This document shows positions 48,490 through 58,476 of a DNA stretch of 64,000 nt, piece by piece. Position 1 is the first letter of the stretch; each line of letters starts with the position of its first letter. The translations under genes and the position numbers were made by a program. The DNA comes from Candidatus Marinacidobacterales bacterium (GTDB taxonomy: Bacteria > Acidobacteriota > Vicinamibacteria > Marinacidobacterales > DATDRI01). The notes under the pieces are model-generated. The model was given only the letters and a program-made list of their open reading frames with translations. It did not search any database and was not told where the DNA came from. Location: assembly GCA_965226495.1 (NCBI GenBank), contig OZ245365.1:3520001-3584000 (forward strand). The letters are read 5' to 3'.

Positions 48490-49797
48490 TCATCGTCCTG
48501 TTGTTGAAGAAGTAGTAGTACCCTTCTCGGCTCCCGCGGCGCGCTCGCCGATGCAATAGAGATACTCGCCGGTGCGGATGAAGATCTGACCGTCCGAGAT
48601 GGCCGGGGAGCTCAGACAGTAATCGTCGAGCGAGTTTTCCGCCAGAATTTCGAATTCCGGTCCCGCCTTCACCACCGTCGTCACTGCATCTTCGTTGGTG
48701 ACGTAGATCTTCCCATCCGCCAGCACTGCGGAAGAGCTGTAAGTGCCAGATGCGACCCGCTGCTCTCCCCAGATCTCCTCGCCGGTCTGCGCGTCGAGGC
48801 ACCACATCACGCCCTTGTCGTTCACTATGTAGAGATACTTGCCATCGGTAACTGGGGTCGGAACGTCTGGACCATGCTTGGTAGACCAAACACGGTGGGT
48901 CTCGGTGATATCCCCGCGCCCGCCGGCTCTGATGGCCAGCAGAGGGGAAACGCGTGACGGCACATAGATGATGTCGTCGTTGATCACGGGGGATGCCACG
49001 ATGCGATAGTAGGGCTCGTTGTCCGGATTCAGACCATTCGCCCGCCACAGCTCCTCGCCAGTTTCGGGATCGTGCCCGGTGACGCAATCGCCGCCGGTGA
49101 TGACGATCTCGGTCTTGCTGCCGTACCTCAAAAGGCCGGGCGTCGTGTAGGAGTCCGGTGATTCACGTATCGCATCCGTCGCCCGTTCGACTCGCCACAG
49201 CGTTTCTCCCGTCATCTTGTCGATCCGCAACACATAGGATGGATCGTCGGTCTTCATACCGTGTAAGACTTGAACGTATAAAACGTCCCCGTGCAAAAGC
49301 GGTGACGAGGCATAACCCCAGTTAAGCCCGAAGGTTCCGTAGTCTCTTTGGATGTCGCGCGACCAAATTTCCTTGCCGGCGAAGTCGAAGGCCTTCAGAA
49401 TTCCGGTTCCGGTCATGACCCAGATGTGTTTGCCGTCGGTCACCGGCGAGGGGGACGACATGTTCTGCTTTCGCTGCTTCTGATCCCCATCGCTCAAGAA
49501 GCGCTTCCAAAGAACGCTTCCGTCGGAGCGACCGACCGACCACAGATACAAATTCCCGCTGTCCGCTACGTTGAGGAAGATCCGCTCTCCCCAAACGATA
49601 GGCGTCGAACCACTCCAGGCAGGCATCGGGAGCTTCCACGTAACGCCCTCGCTGGTACTCCAACGAACCGGGAGGTTACTCTCTTGGCTCACACCGTCCA
49701 GGGTCGGCCCTCGCCACTGCGGCCAGTTGTCGGCGAGTGCCTGCGTCACCACGATTGAAATGATGAAGGCCAAGACGAGAGTAAAGCTGTTCCGCAC
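48490..49797 (-). CDS. Secreted PQQ-binding-like beta-propeller protein
   Basis: AAGGAGG RBS + GTG 49797; signal peptide, [22 protein letters not shown]. Confidence 0.87.
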   Translation of the reverse strand: MRNSFTLVLAFIISIVVTQALADNWPQWRGPTLDGVSQESNLPVRWSTSEGVTWKLPMPAWSGSTPIVWGERIFLNVADSGNLYLWSVGRSDGSVLWKRFLSDGDQKQRKQNMSSPSPVTDGKHIWVMTGTGILKAFDFAGKEIWSRDIQRDYGTFGLNWGYASSPLLHGDVLYVQVLHGMKTDDPSYVLRIDKMTGETLWRVERATDAIRESPDSYTTPGLLRYGSKTEIVITGGDCVTGHDPETGEELWRANGLNPDNEPYYRIVASPVINDDIIYVPSRVSPLLAIRAGGRGDITETHRVWSTKHGPDVPTPVTDGKYLYIVNDKGVMWCLDAQTGEEIWGEQRVASGTYSSSAVLADGKIYVTNEDAVTTVVKAGPEFEILAENSLDDYCLSSPAISDGQIFIRTGEYLYCIGERAAGAEKGTTTSSTTGR

Positions 49798-49927
49798 GAC
49801 TTTCCTCCTTGCTCCCTCGGTGTTCGGCCACCAGGTGCAATTTCCACATAGCAATCGCCGCGCCTGGGACGACTACGGTACAACAATCCGCCGGTCCAAT
49901 TCCACTGATACTGTCGCGGTGCGCCTT

Positions 49928-52900
49928 TTACTCGGCACGAAGGGATTCGAGGAGTGGAGAGCGCACCGAAGCGGCTACCGCCAGAAGAGAGGCGACCGCC
50001 CCGCTCGCCAGCACGGCGAGCAACAGCAGGATTAGAGAAGGGAGCGAAAAGCCTCCACCTCTCGAAACCAACGCCGGAGCGATCGCAACTAGGGCGCACA
50101 GCGTGCCGATAGCAAGTCCCCAGAAGAGCATCACCGCGTTCTCCGAAAGAACCATAAGCGAGAACGCTCGGGAGTCGTATCCGACCGCGCGCAGCAACGC
50201 AAGCTCCCGGCGCCGCTCCAAGACGTTTCGTAACAACACCGCCCCTAGCCCCAACGTGCCGAGTACCAGGCCCAGTCCGCCGAGAGCCTGGAACGTGGAG
50301 AGGTAGGTGTTCTCGACGCGATGAAATCCAGCCAGACGCTCTGCAGTGCCGGCAACGTCGAAGCCGAAATCGGAGAGTCCTTGCTCGAGCGCCTCCGTCA
50401 CACGTTCCGTTTCCTTCGCTGGCACATCGAGCAGAAAGAATCGAAAGCCCTCTTGATCGGGGAAAGCGCGCAGGAAGTTCCGCTCCGACATGAGAAGCTC
50501 GCCCTGAAAGACACTGTCCTTGAGCATGGCGACCAAACGCAGACGAAGGGGCTCTTCCCCCGCACGTTCGAGCAGGAAGTCCTCACCGAGCTTGAGGTGA
50601 AGGACGTAGGTCATCGAGTTGGCATCGCCGATGACCGGTATCGCTCGGTCTGTCTCTTCCCTATCGAGGAGCAACCACGGATTGTCTTTGTCCTCTTGAG
50701 AGTCGGCAAGTGTTCCGGCGAAGGCGAAGCGGGCGCTCTCGACGAACTCTCGGCTAGGGGCGAGTATCCGCGGGTTTTGCGGGCGATAGAGATTCAGACA
50801 GCTCGCGTCTTCTCCTGGACGCACTCGCAGTGCCGAGAACCGTACGTTGGCGAGAATTGGTTCATCATCGATCCCCAGGGATTCTTTTCCTTCGACGGCA
50901 TTGGGATCCCAGGTCAGCGGAATGAGCGACTCCGCCAGGAGTGAAAATCCTCCCGTCCCGGACTTCGGATCCATGGAAGCTTGGCGGTCGTCGCGTCGGA
51001 AAGCATCGACCGCCACGATGATAAAGGTGGCAAAGGCGATCAACGCCACGCACAAGAGGCTGCGCCCGGGACGGTAGGAGACGTTGCGGAACCCGAGACG
51101 GGAGACGGCCCAGTTTCCGGTCCCCGCGATGAGGTGCGCACTTCTATTGGCCAAACGCGTCCAAAGGTAGCCGAGCGACGCCACGAGGAGGAGCGTGCCA
51201 GCTCCAAAGAAACCTGCTACCTGGCTGAGGGAGCCAGACCAGGCTCCGATGAGTAGCGCGGACGCCGCCAACGCGCTACCGATACTGAGCAGCATGGCCT
51301 TGCGTCGCTTGCCAGGCGTGGTGGCCGAGTCGAGCGCCGTCCCGGTCAGCAGACTCCGGGGCGTCATGGGTTTCACGCCGCGGAGTGTCCAGGCGATTCC
51401 CAGAATGGCGGCGAGGATGCCCCCGAGTCCACCAAGTGCCAACCACTTGGTGGACGCGTGTAGGGTCAAGAGCTCGGTGCCTACCGCATCAACCCACCAG
51501 GTCCTGAGTCCCAACATGATGAGCTCCGCATAGGCTACGGCCCCGACTGCCCCAATCAGGCTTCCCAAGGCTGCTAAGAGCAGGCCCTCGCTCAAGAAGA
51601 GTCTGCGGATCCTGGCTGAGGTGAAACCCAAAGCGAACAAAATGCCGATCTCGGGGAGTCGCTGTTCGACACCCAACCGAAAGAAAAGCCCCGCCAGCAA
51701 GAGCGCGGATACCACGAGGAAGAAGCTGAAGTAGACGAAGTACTGGCCAAAATCCGTCGCCCCACGCGAGGCACGAAGGCCTTGGGCGCGAGCCGGGTAG
51801 ATCGACAAACCCGATTCGATGGGGTCGATGGTGTCTCGGAGACCACTCCTGAAGGAATTGAGCGTGGATTCGAGGTCCTCCATCCCAACCGATGGAAAGA
51901 TGCGGATCGAAGTCAGCGCGCCGAAACGACTCCGCCACAACCTTTGCCCAGCAGCAAGCGGGATGAACGCCTTCGGGGTCGTGCCATAGAGGTCCCAGTA
52001 CTCTTCGTCCCGGTCACGAATCCGTTCGAGATCGAGGGGAAAAGGTGGATCCCAATCGGAAAGGGCATCCGACTCGGTGATGCCCGGGTAGGTCGGGGCC
52101 AGATCCGGATCACCGGCCGCCCCTTCGATCGGCACGATACCTACGATTTGGAAATCCGCGTTCCGGATCTCGAGCCGACCCTCGTCCTTCCAGAAGTAAT
52201 ACTCGAGCGTCAGGGGGTCGCCGAGCCGCACCGCTAAGTCACGGGCCACCCAATCGTTGATGACGATCGGTCGTTCGGTTGACCCTTCGGGTAAGGGTAG
52301 TCTCTCCAGACCTGCTTGAAGACTGTCGAACGCTTCCGGGTCGAGGGCGCTCACCAGCGAATAAGGAACCTCTTTGGATCCCGAGAGGATGCTATTGGCC
52401 AGATAGGTATAGATGAAGGACGTGTCCAGGCCAAGATCGCTGGATGCCTTTTGCGCAGCAACCGCCAAAGGATCGCTGATGAGAATTTGCCCACTTTCGA
52501 GGGAAAGGCAGTGCGCTGCTTCGAGGGCGCGAAGCTGGATGCCCACATCTGCGAGCCGGAAAGTCTCCTTGAGAATCCCAGCCAGGACCGCGTCTCTATT
52601 TGTCGAAGCGGACGTGTCGTCGTGGCCCGAGACCAGCAAAGTGTTGACCTTACCTTCCTGGTCGAGGTCTCTCTGGAGCCGCTCCAGAGGGACGAAGAGC
52701 GCGCGCACCGCCCCTTGTTGCGGGTAGAGGGCGAAATCCTTGGTGCCGGAGCTGGGAAGCCCTTCGCTGGCCCTCAGCCGGATGGTTCGTCCCTTTTGCC
52801 CCCTTCGACCGTGGAGGAACTCCCCCGGCACTTCGTATGGTTGCTCGACTCTTAGAAGAATCGTGTCCCCGGGGGTGCTATTCAACTCAAGTGCCAGGCG

Positions 52901-53317
52901 CTTGGTGAGAACAGCATCCCGGCCAGACGGGGGGGCGGGAGAGCTAGGATCGAGGTCGTGGAAAGCCCGGAAGCGCTCGTCGATGCCGTACACCTGGACC
53001 CGGGAGCTCCGCAGGCCGCTCTTCTCGTGTATGACGAACCCTTCGAGAACAATCAGAGGGCTGGCTTCTCGGAATGTAGCGCGAAAGTCTTGATGGGCCT
53101 GGATCTCGTCCGCCAGGTCCTCCGTGAAGAAGTCGAGTGCTGAGACAACGTACTCGACGTTGCCAAGCCGGCCAAGGAATAGGCTCCGGAGGCTCTCCCG
53201 GACGGACTCCCCGACGAGTAACGCACCCGCCAAGACTGCCACCGCCGTCGCCACTCCCCAGACGACGGCGAGGTGAGTCCGCCAGTAATACGTGAGGCTG
53301 CGCTTCAGGATCGTCAT
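49928..53317 (-). CDS. Large duplicated MacB/FtsX-type ABC transporter permease
   Basis: Two FtsX-like halves (EQRLPEIGILFALGF; ERRRELALLRAVGY) with large extracytoplasmic domains; start ATG 53317. Confidence 0.9.
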   Translation of the reverse strand: MTILKRSLTYYWRTHLAVVWGVATAVAVLAGALLVGESVRESLRSLFLGRLGNVEYVVSALDFFTEDLADEIQAHQDFRATFREASPLIVLEGFVIHEKSGLRSSRVQVYGIDERFRAFHDLDPSSPAPPSGRDAVLTKRLALELNSTPGDTILLRVEQPYEVPGEFLHGRRGQKGRTIRLRASEGLPSSGTKDFALYPQQGAVRALFVPLERLQRDLDQEGKVNTLLVSGHDDTSASTNRDAVLAGILKETFRLADVGIQLRALEAAHCLSLESGQILISDPLAVAAQKASSDLGLDTSFIYTYLANSILSGSKEVPYSLVSALDPEAFDSLQAGLERLPLPEGSTERPIVINDWVARDLAVRLGDPLTLEYYFWKDEGRLEIRNADFQIVGIVPIEGAAGDPDLAPTYPGITESDALSDWDPPFPLDLERIRDRDEEYWDLYGTTPKAFIPLAAGQRLWRSRFGALTSIRIFPSVGMEDLESTLNSFRSGLRDTIDPIESGLSIYPARAQGLRASRGATDFGQYFVYFSFFLVVSALLLAGLFFRLGVEQRLPEIGILFALGFTSARIRRLFLSEGLLLAALGSLIGAVGAVAYAELIMLGLRTWWVDAVGTELLTLHASTKWLALGGLGGILAAILGIAWTLRGVKPMTPRSLLTGTALDSATTPGKRRKAMLLSIGSALAASALLIGAWSGSLSQVAGFFGAGTLLLVASLGYLWTRLANRSAHLIAGTGNWAVSRLGFRNVSYRPGRSLLCVALIAFATFIIVAVDAFRRDDRQASMDPKSGTGGFSLLAESLIPLTWDPNAVEGKESLGIDDEPILANVRFSALRVRPGEDASCLNLYRPQNPRILAPSREFVESARFAFAGTLADSQEDKDNPWLLLDREETDRAIPVIGDANSMTYVLHLKLGEDFLLERAGEEPLRLRLVAMLKDSVFQGELLMSERNFLRAFPDQEGFRFFLLDVPAKETERVTEALEQGLSDFGFDVAGTAERLAGFHRVENTYLSTFQALGGLGLVLGTLGLGAVLLRNVLERRRELALLRAVGYDSRAFSLMVLSENAVMLFWGLAIGTLCALVAIAPALVSRGGGFSLPSLILLLLAVLASGAVASLLAVAASVRSPLLESLRAE

Positions 53318-53366
53318 TTTCGTACAAGTGCCACCCACTTGGTGACCGGGTCCGATCGACAGCCAA

Positions 53367-54068
53367 TTACACCGGGGTGAGCTTCCCCCCGACAAGTTGC
53401 AGCCGCTGGGGGAACCGTGCAGCCAGCTCGGCGCTATGGGTGACGACGACTAGAATCCTCCTGTCTCGAGCACCAAGCTCTAGCAGCAAAGAAGCCACGT
53501 TCTCCGCTGAACGTGGATCCAGGTTTCCTGTCGGCTCATCGCAAAGCAGCAAGTTCGGGTCTCGGATCAACGCACGCGCAACCGCGATCCGCTGTTTTTC
53601 TCCCCCCGACAGCTCGGATGGGCGATGGTCGATGCGAGCGGTGAGGCCCACCTGCTCGACAAGATGTCTCGCCCGCGCCGGATAGTCCTCCCCAGGCGGA
53701 GCAACCAGAGTGGGAGTCAAAACGTTCTCGAGGACCGAACATTGGGGCAGCAAGTGATGGTCTTGGAATACGAAACCCACCTCTTCGTTTCGAAAGGAGG
53801 CGATCCCCGTGGCGTCGAGATCATAAGGATTGCGGCCTCCGAGTCGAACCGTTCCCGAAGTGGGCGGCTCCAACGCACCGACAATATAAAGGAACGTGCT
53901 CTTCCCGCCTCCGGATGGTCCCATGATCGAAACCGCGTCGCCCAGAGACAGCGAAAGGTCCACCCCCGCAAGCACAGAAAGTTCTCCCCGCGGCGTGGGA
54001 TATTCTTTCCTCAGATCCTTGACTTCGAGAATCGGGGACGTCTGATCTCGGTGAGGGTTGGAGCTCAA
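53367..54068 (-). CDS. ABC transporter ATP-binding protein (LolD/MacB-like)
   Basis: GPSGGGKST, LSGGEKQR, LLLCDEPTGNLD, VVTH; TTG start overlapping the upstream stop. Confidence 0.93.
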   Translation of the reverse strand: MSSNPHRDQTSPILEVKDLRKEYPTPRGELSVLAGVDLSLSLGDAVSIMGPSGGGKSTFLYIVGALEPPTSGTVRLGGRNPYDLDATGIASFRNEEVGFVFQDHHLLPQCSVLENVLTPTLVAPPGEDYPARARHLVEQVGLTARIDHRPSELSGGEKQRIAVARALIRDPNLLLCDEPTGNLDPRSAENVASLLLELGARDRRILVVVTHSAELAARFPQRLQLVGGKLTPV

Positions 54069-55498
54069 GGTTGCGCTTCCTGAAACGCACGGGCTCGATA
54101 CAAGAAGTCGATGATGTTTCCCTCGTGAGGCTGGAGCCAATTGAGGCGGATGGTGGGAATCGGACCGAGGTTCAAGCGGTCGATCTGTGTAGCGTCCAGC
54201 AACGCGCGCCGAAAACCAGTATCCTCGGTAATGACGCTGCCCACCAACGTCCCTCCCATCGAAGAAAGCATTTTCTCCTGCGGGCATTTCACAACCGACA
54301 CGAACGGAAACATGTACTCCTTGTTTGCCAACGGGTTTTCTACCGACTCGCAATGTATGACGGTGGGGCGGAGATAATCACAGCGCTCACGCTTGACGAG
54401 ACGGCCATCGCCTCCGTCTCGGTATCTAGCCGTTAGGTCCTCCGCTCCCGGAGTCTCCAGGCCGCGGTCGATCTCGTTGGAGATCGCTTGAGCAACTCCC
54501 GGCACAGTGAAGGCCGCGAGTAAGCTTTCCGGGTCGCCTGACGGCCGGGGCGCGACGGGGCCGAGACGTTTGGCGAGGGCCTCCGCGATCTCCTTCGTAT
54601 GTCTGGAGGCCCAAATGCCGGAACAACTGATGCAGCTGCGGCCGCTGTTAGCCAACACGCTGTCCACCATCACATCCAGGTATCTCTCCCACTCGTCCAC
54701 CTTGTCGTCGCCGAGAAAGATCTTGCTGAATCCTGGCCCGTGTACTTGCACCCCCGGGTTCCCCTTGTATCGGTCTACGGTCGACGTGCCACCAAAGATC
54801 AAACTTCGGGAACAGCTGGCCACCACCGCCGCCCCAACGTCTCCGAGGCCTGGATAGATCGAGATGGCTTCCTTTGGGATCCCTGCCTCGAAAAAAGCCT
54901 GTGACATGCGATAGGGAGTCCAGGGTTCTTGAGGCCCCGGCTTGAACACTAGGCCGATTTGAAGAGGGATCACCGGCAGCCACAAAGTGTGGACACCCGG
55001 GGAGTTCGAAGGAAGTACCAAACCGAGAACGGGTGACTCGGCCTGATAACTCAGCAGAACACCGCGTTCAGAGGCTCCGTACCCCTGACTCAGAATCGAG
55101 AGATCTAATCCCCGGGTCAGGGCATCCAAAATCTCTTCCATATGGGTAAGAACGAAGTAATTCTTCTCCATGTTGGACCGACACATGTGCTCAGGGAGGC
55201 CGGTGGTCGCGGATTGGTAGTAGACAAACTGCTCGGGCGTTTGGCTTCCATCCCCCAACGGAAGTTCCGCCGACTGGTAAAGCTCGGCGGCCTTTTTCAC
55301 CATCGAGATCAAATCGCCAATAGGGATCTCCCTCAGTACGTCCCGCGCACGTTGCGCTCGACGCATATCGCGCTGCACCAGACCGGGGTTCGCTTGGCTC
55401 ACCTTCGCGAGCTCTTCACCCGTTTGAAAGTGGACAACCGTGTCCACCTCGAGACTGGTGTACGGCTTGCCCCAACGAATTATCGGGATGTTGATCAT
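54065..55498 (-). CDS. Aldehyde dehydrogenase-superfamily protein (EhpG/LuxC-like acyl reductase?)
   Basis: VLPSNSP, FKPG, IFGG, NSGRSCISCS (catalytic Cys), EYMFPF; no ELGG motif. Confidence 0.8.
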   Translation of the reverse strand: MINIPIIRWGKPYTSLEVDTVVHFQTGEELAKVSQANPGLVQRDMRRAQRARDVLREIPIGDLISMVKKAAELYQSAELPLGDGSQTPEQFVYYQSATTGLPEHMCRSNMEKNYFVLTHMEEILDALTRGLDLSILSQGYGASERGVLLSYQAESPVLGLVLPSNSPGVHTLWLPVIPLQIGLVFKPGPQEPWTPYRMSQAFFEAGIPKEAISIYPGLGDVGAAVVASCSRSLIFGGTSTVDRYKGNPGVQVHGPGFSKIFLGDDKVDEWERYLDVMVDSVLANSGRSCISCSGIWASRHTKEIAEALAKRLGPVAPRPSGDPESLLAAFTVPGVAQAISNEIDRGLETPGAEDLTARYRDGGDGRLVKRERCDYLRPTVIHCESVENPLANKEYMFPFVSVVKCPQEKMLSSMGGTLVGSVITEDTGFRRALLDATQIDRLNLGPIPTIRLNWLQPHEGNIIDFLYRARAFQEAQP

Positions 55499-55511
55499 AC
55501 GGCGCTCTACC

Positions 55512-56612
55512 TCAATAGACCCCGACCGTCGTGGTGGCTGCTAGCTTCTGGAAAGGGCGGACTCCGCTTACTCCATCCCAAGGATAGAGGGCATACGGTG
55601 CCTCCCTCTCCCCCTCGTCACGTTCGAGAAACCCGGGGACGAAAAACTCTTTCGTCAAGGTCGTGAGCTTCACGCGGCCCGTCTCTCCGTAATCAACCAC
55701 TCGCTCGGGGTCGTCCGGATCCACCACCTCGATGACGGCTCGCGGCTGCGGTGGATAATATGTGATCTTATAGTTATCGTCCGGTCCAACTGGCTTGGAA
55801 GCAGCCAGTCCCATCAATGTGTTCCCGTACGTTGGTGTGATGTACACTCCGTCGAGAAGCTCCTCCACGGCAAACCGTGTCCACTGCGGGGTGAACTCGG
55901 TGCCTCCCGAAAAGATGCCGGTGATACCCGTTTCTTTGACGCTCGACCCTTGTTCTTCCAGCGCCAACGCGAGTGTTTCCAAAAGCTTCGGTGTCGTAAA
56001 GAGACATCGGATGTCGTGACCGGCACTCAAGGTCGTGAGCGCCTGTTGAATCACATGCGCCTTGTAGGCTTCGAGTTGGTCCGTCCAACCTTTGTCAATC
56101 AGTTTAATGACCCATCGCGGATCGAGATCGACACAGAAACAAATGCCGCCCCGATACTGCGCCAAGTGCTCCACGGCTAGGCGCAGTCGACGTGGACCCG
56201 AGGGGCCGAGCATCAACCAGTTGGCACCCCTGGGGAAGTACTCCTCCGGAAGAGACTCACTGAACAGCTCGTAGTCGATACGAAAATCATCGATGGCGAT
56301 CCGGCTCTTCGGGATCCCAGTAGTGCCCCCGGTCTCGAAAACAAAGATGGGCCGACTGGCAAAAGCCTTGGGCACCCAACGGCGAACCGGCCCCCCCCGG
56401 AGCCATTCGTCCTCGAAAGACGGGAAGCGACGGAGATCCTCGAAGACCTCGATATCGCTCCTCGGATCGAATTCCAATTTTCCGGCGAATTCGAGCCAGA
56501 ACGGAGATCCCGTCTCTGGGTTGAAATGCCACTCTACGATCTCCCTCACGTGGAGGTCGAGCGCCTGCTTTGCCTCTCTTGCTCTCGCGTCAATCGGTAA
56601 CCCCTGACTCAC
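55512..56612 (-). CDS. EhpF-like atypical adenylate-forming enzyme
   Basis: WHFNPETGSPFWL, ETGGTTGIPK, DLDPRWV, GGTE, YGNT, YGETGRV, ERD and C-terminal GVY match recalled EhpF motifs. Confidence 0.8.
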   Translation of the reverse strand: MSQGLPIDARAREAKQALDLHVREIVEWHFNPETGSPFWLEFAGKLEFDPRSDIEVFEDLRRFPSFEDEWLRGGPVRRWVPKAFASRPIFVFETGGTTGIPKSRIAIDDFRIDYELFSESLPEEYFPRGANWLMLGPSGPRRLRLAVEHLAQYRGGICFCVDLDPRWVIKLIDKGWTDQLEAYKAHVIQQALTTLSAGHDIRCLFTTPKLLETLALALEEQGSSVKETGITGIFSGGTEFTPQWTRFAVEELLDGVYITPTYGNTLMGLAASKPVGPDDNYKITYYPPQPRAVIEVVDPDDPERVVDYGETGRVKLTTLTKEFFVPGFLERDEGEREAPYALYPWDGVSGVRPFQKLAATTTVGVY

Positions 56613-56613
56613 T

Positions 56614-57963
56614 TCATTCGACTCCTATTCCGCTCGAAGAGCCTGCTCTTGCAGATCGGCTTGGCGCCGGTCCGATTCCGGAAGAATGGTTTACGTACAC
56701 CTCGAGAGTGCGTCGTGCTTCCTGCTCGACACTGTAATGCTCGTAAACGCCGTTACGCCCGTTGCGGCCCAATTCGTCCGCCAAGCCGGGATCCTCCCAG
56801 ATAGAGACAATCCCCGCGGCCACGTCGGTGCCGTGTTCGGAGTCGACCAAGAGCCCACCCCTTGTTTTCTCGATGATCTCCGGGAAAGCCCCGTGGCGGG
56901 GCTGTACGACCGGAACACCGCAAGCCATTGCCTCCAACAGGTACATACCCTTTGGTTCTTTGTAGCTGCTGGGGACAGACAAGACGTCCAAACCCTGGAG
57001 GAATTTAACCTTGGCCGCGCGATCGAGAGTTCCACGATATCGGAGCTCCCCGTCGAGCCCGGAGTCACTCATTTGCTGCTGGATGCCACGGAGATAGGCT
57101 CGGTGCTCCGACGCCATGTAACCCGCGACCTCGAGTCGCGCGCCGGTCAAGCCTTTGTTTTTGCGGAGGTGACGGTAGGCGTCGACGAGGTTGTGCAATC
57201 CTTTTTCGGGCGCCACTCGCGCAAAATATCCAATGGTGAAAGGCTCCCTGCGAGAAGTTGGCCGAGCCTCATAGCCCTTGAGATTGATACCCAAGGGAAC
57301 TACGTACATTTTCTCCTCGGGAACGTGGAGGTAGTCGGCCATAAATCCCGCGTAGTAGTCGCTCACCGCGACAAATGCGTCTACGTGCTGGATGCTCTGT
57401 CTAATCAACTCGAGCGCTCTCGCCTTGTACGGCTCTTGCAGGCCCTCGAGAAAAAGATCCTCGCCTTGAAGAGTGCAAAACACCGGGCGGTTCACCGCCT
57501 TCTTGATCGGCGCAGCCAGCCCGATGAGGAGCGAGTTAGGAAGATTGACGACGTCGGGCGTGGGTTGGCTCTCGAGCCAATGAAGGAGTTTCTGCAGTTC
57601 CTTACCGTGGACGCCCGCTTCGCCCTCAAGCATGGAGATGGTGAGATCTCCCAGAAGAGCGGGGGCGGTTGATAAGGAAAAGTGCATGGCGGTTTTGATG
57701 GCGAAGGAAGAATCCCAGAGGCGATCGAGCAGCCATGGCGTCTTGCGGAATATCGGCACGTACTGCTGAAGGTAGACGCTCACTCCGCCGAAGAGGACCT
57801 TGTTCTCGCTGACGTTGGGCTCGTCAGTCAGAGTCGGCGTGTAGACCGGCAGCAGAACAACGTCGTGGCCCAGAGTCTTGAGCTCCGCGGCTAGTGCGTT
57901 GTCGCGGAGGCAACTACCGCAGTACATGCCGCCCGCACCGGCGGTTATGAAAAGAATCTTCAT
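56614..57963 (-). CDS. Glycosyltransferase family 4 (GT-B)
   Basis: ARVAPEKGL, EPKGMYLLEAMACGVPVV (ExxxxxxxE); start ATG 57963. Confidence 0.9.
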   Translation of the reverse strand: MKILFITAGAGGMYCGSCLRDNALAAELKTLGHDVVLLPVYTPTLTDEPNVSENKVLFGGVSVYLQQYVPIFRKTPWLLDRLWDSSFAIKTAMHFSLSTAPALLGDLTISMLEGEAGVHGKELQKLLHWLESQPTPDVVNLPNSLLIGLAAPIKKAVNRPVFCTLQGEDLFLEGLQEPYKARALELIRQSIQHVDAFVAVSDYYAGFMADYLHVPEEKMYVVPLGINLKGYEARPTSRREPFTIGYFARVAPEKGLHNLVDAYRHLRKNKGLTGARLEVAGYMASEHRAYLRGIQQQMSDSGLDGELRYRGTLDRAAKVKFLQGLDVLSVPSSYKEPKGMYLLEAMACGVPVVQPRHGAFPEIIEKTRGGLLVDSEHGTDVAAGIVSIWEDPGLADELGRNGRNGVYEHYSVEQEARRTLEVYVNHSSGIGPAPSRSARAGSSSGIGVE

Positions 57964-58079
57964 CTTTGAAAGGAATCCTACTGTGCCCAATCCATCCGCG
58001 CAATTCCGCCAAGTGCCAGCCGTTTGGTAGCTGGCGGCTACACTTCGCAGATTCTATACTGCTCGAGACGAGGACCTGG

Positions 58080-58407
58080 ATGGTCAGAAGAACCGCCTGT
58101 TTCGTGATTGCCCTCGTCTGGCTGTCCGGAACTGCCCTCGCAGGCACGCAAGGCCACCGAGAAGGACGGCGAGAAGAAAAAGTCCCTGAAACGGTTCCTC
58201 CACGTCTATAACTACGACCCCCGGGAACTTCACGAGATCTGGCAACAATCAGAGCAGAGGAAGCACCTAGCTGGTCCCATCTGGCTTGGTGGCTACTACA
58301 TCCCCCCGAGCCAACAGCCAGGCCCGGGCCCTCCCCTGCAGATCTGGGGTCGCGGGTTTGGAACCAGCCTCTGGAGGGACCCGGTTACTGGTTGGCCCAT
58401 CCGGTAA
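58080..58407 (+). pseudogene. Small secreted protein, apparently frameshifted after the signal peptide
   Basis: MVRRTACFVIALVWLSGTALA signal in one frame; protein-like continuation KATEKDGEKKK...WRDPVTGWPIR in another. Confidence 0.4.
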
Positions 58408-58476
58408 ACCAGCGTCACACCCCGTGCCACCCTTTTTGAGGGAGGCCGCTTCTCGCTTTTTTCGTCTTCTGTAGCT

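Noticed and set aside
54065-56612. Bioluminescence lux operon or a complete phenazine cluster
   Set aside because: No luxA/B/D and no phz core genes in the window; the similarity covers only the activation/reduction pair
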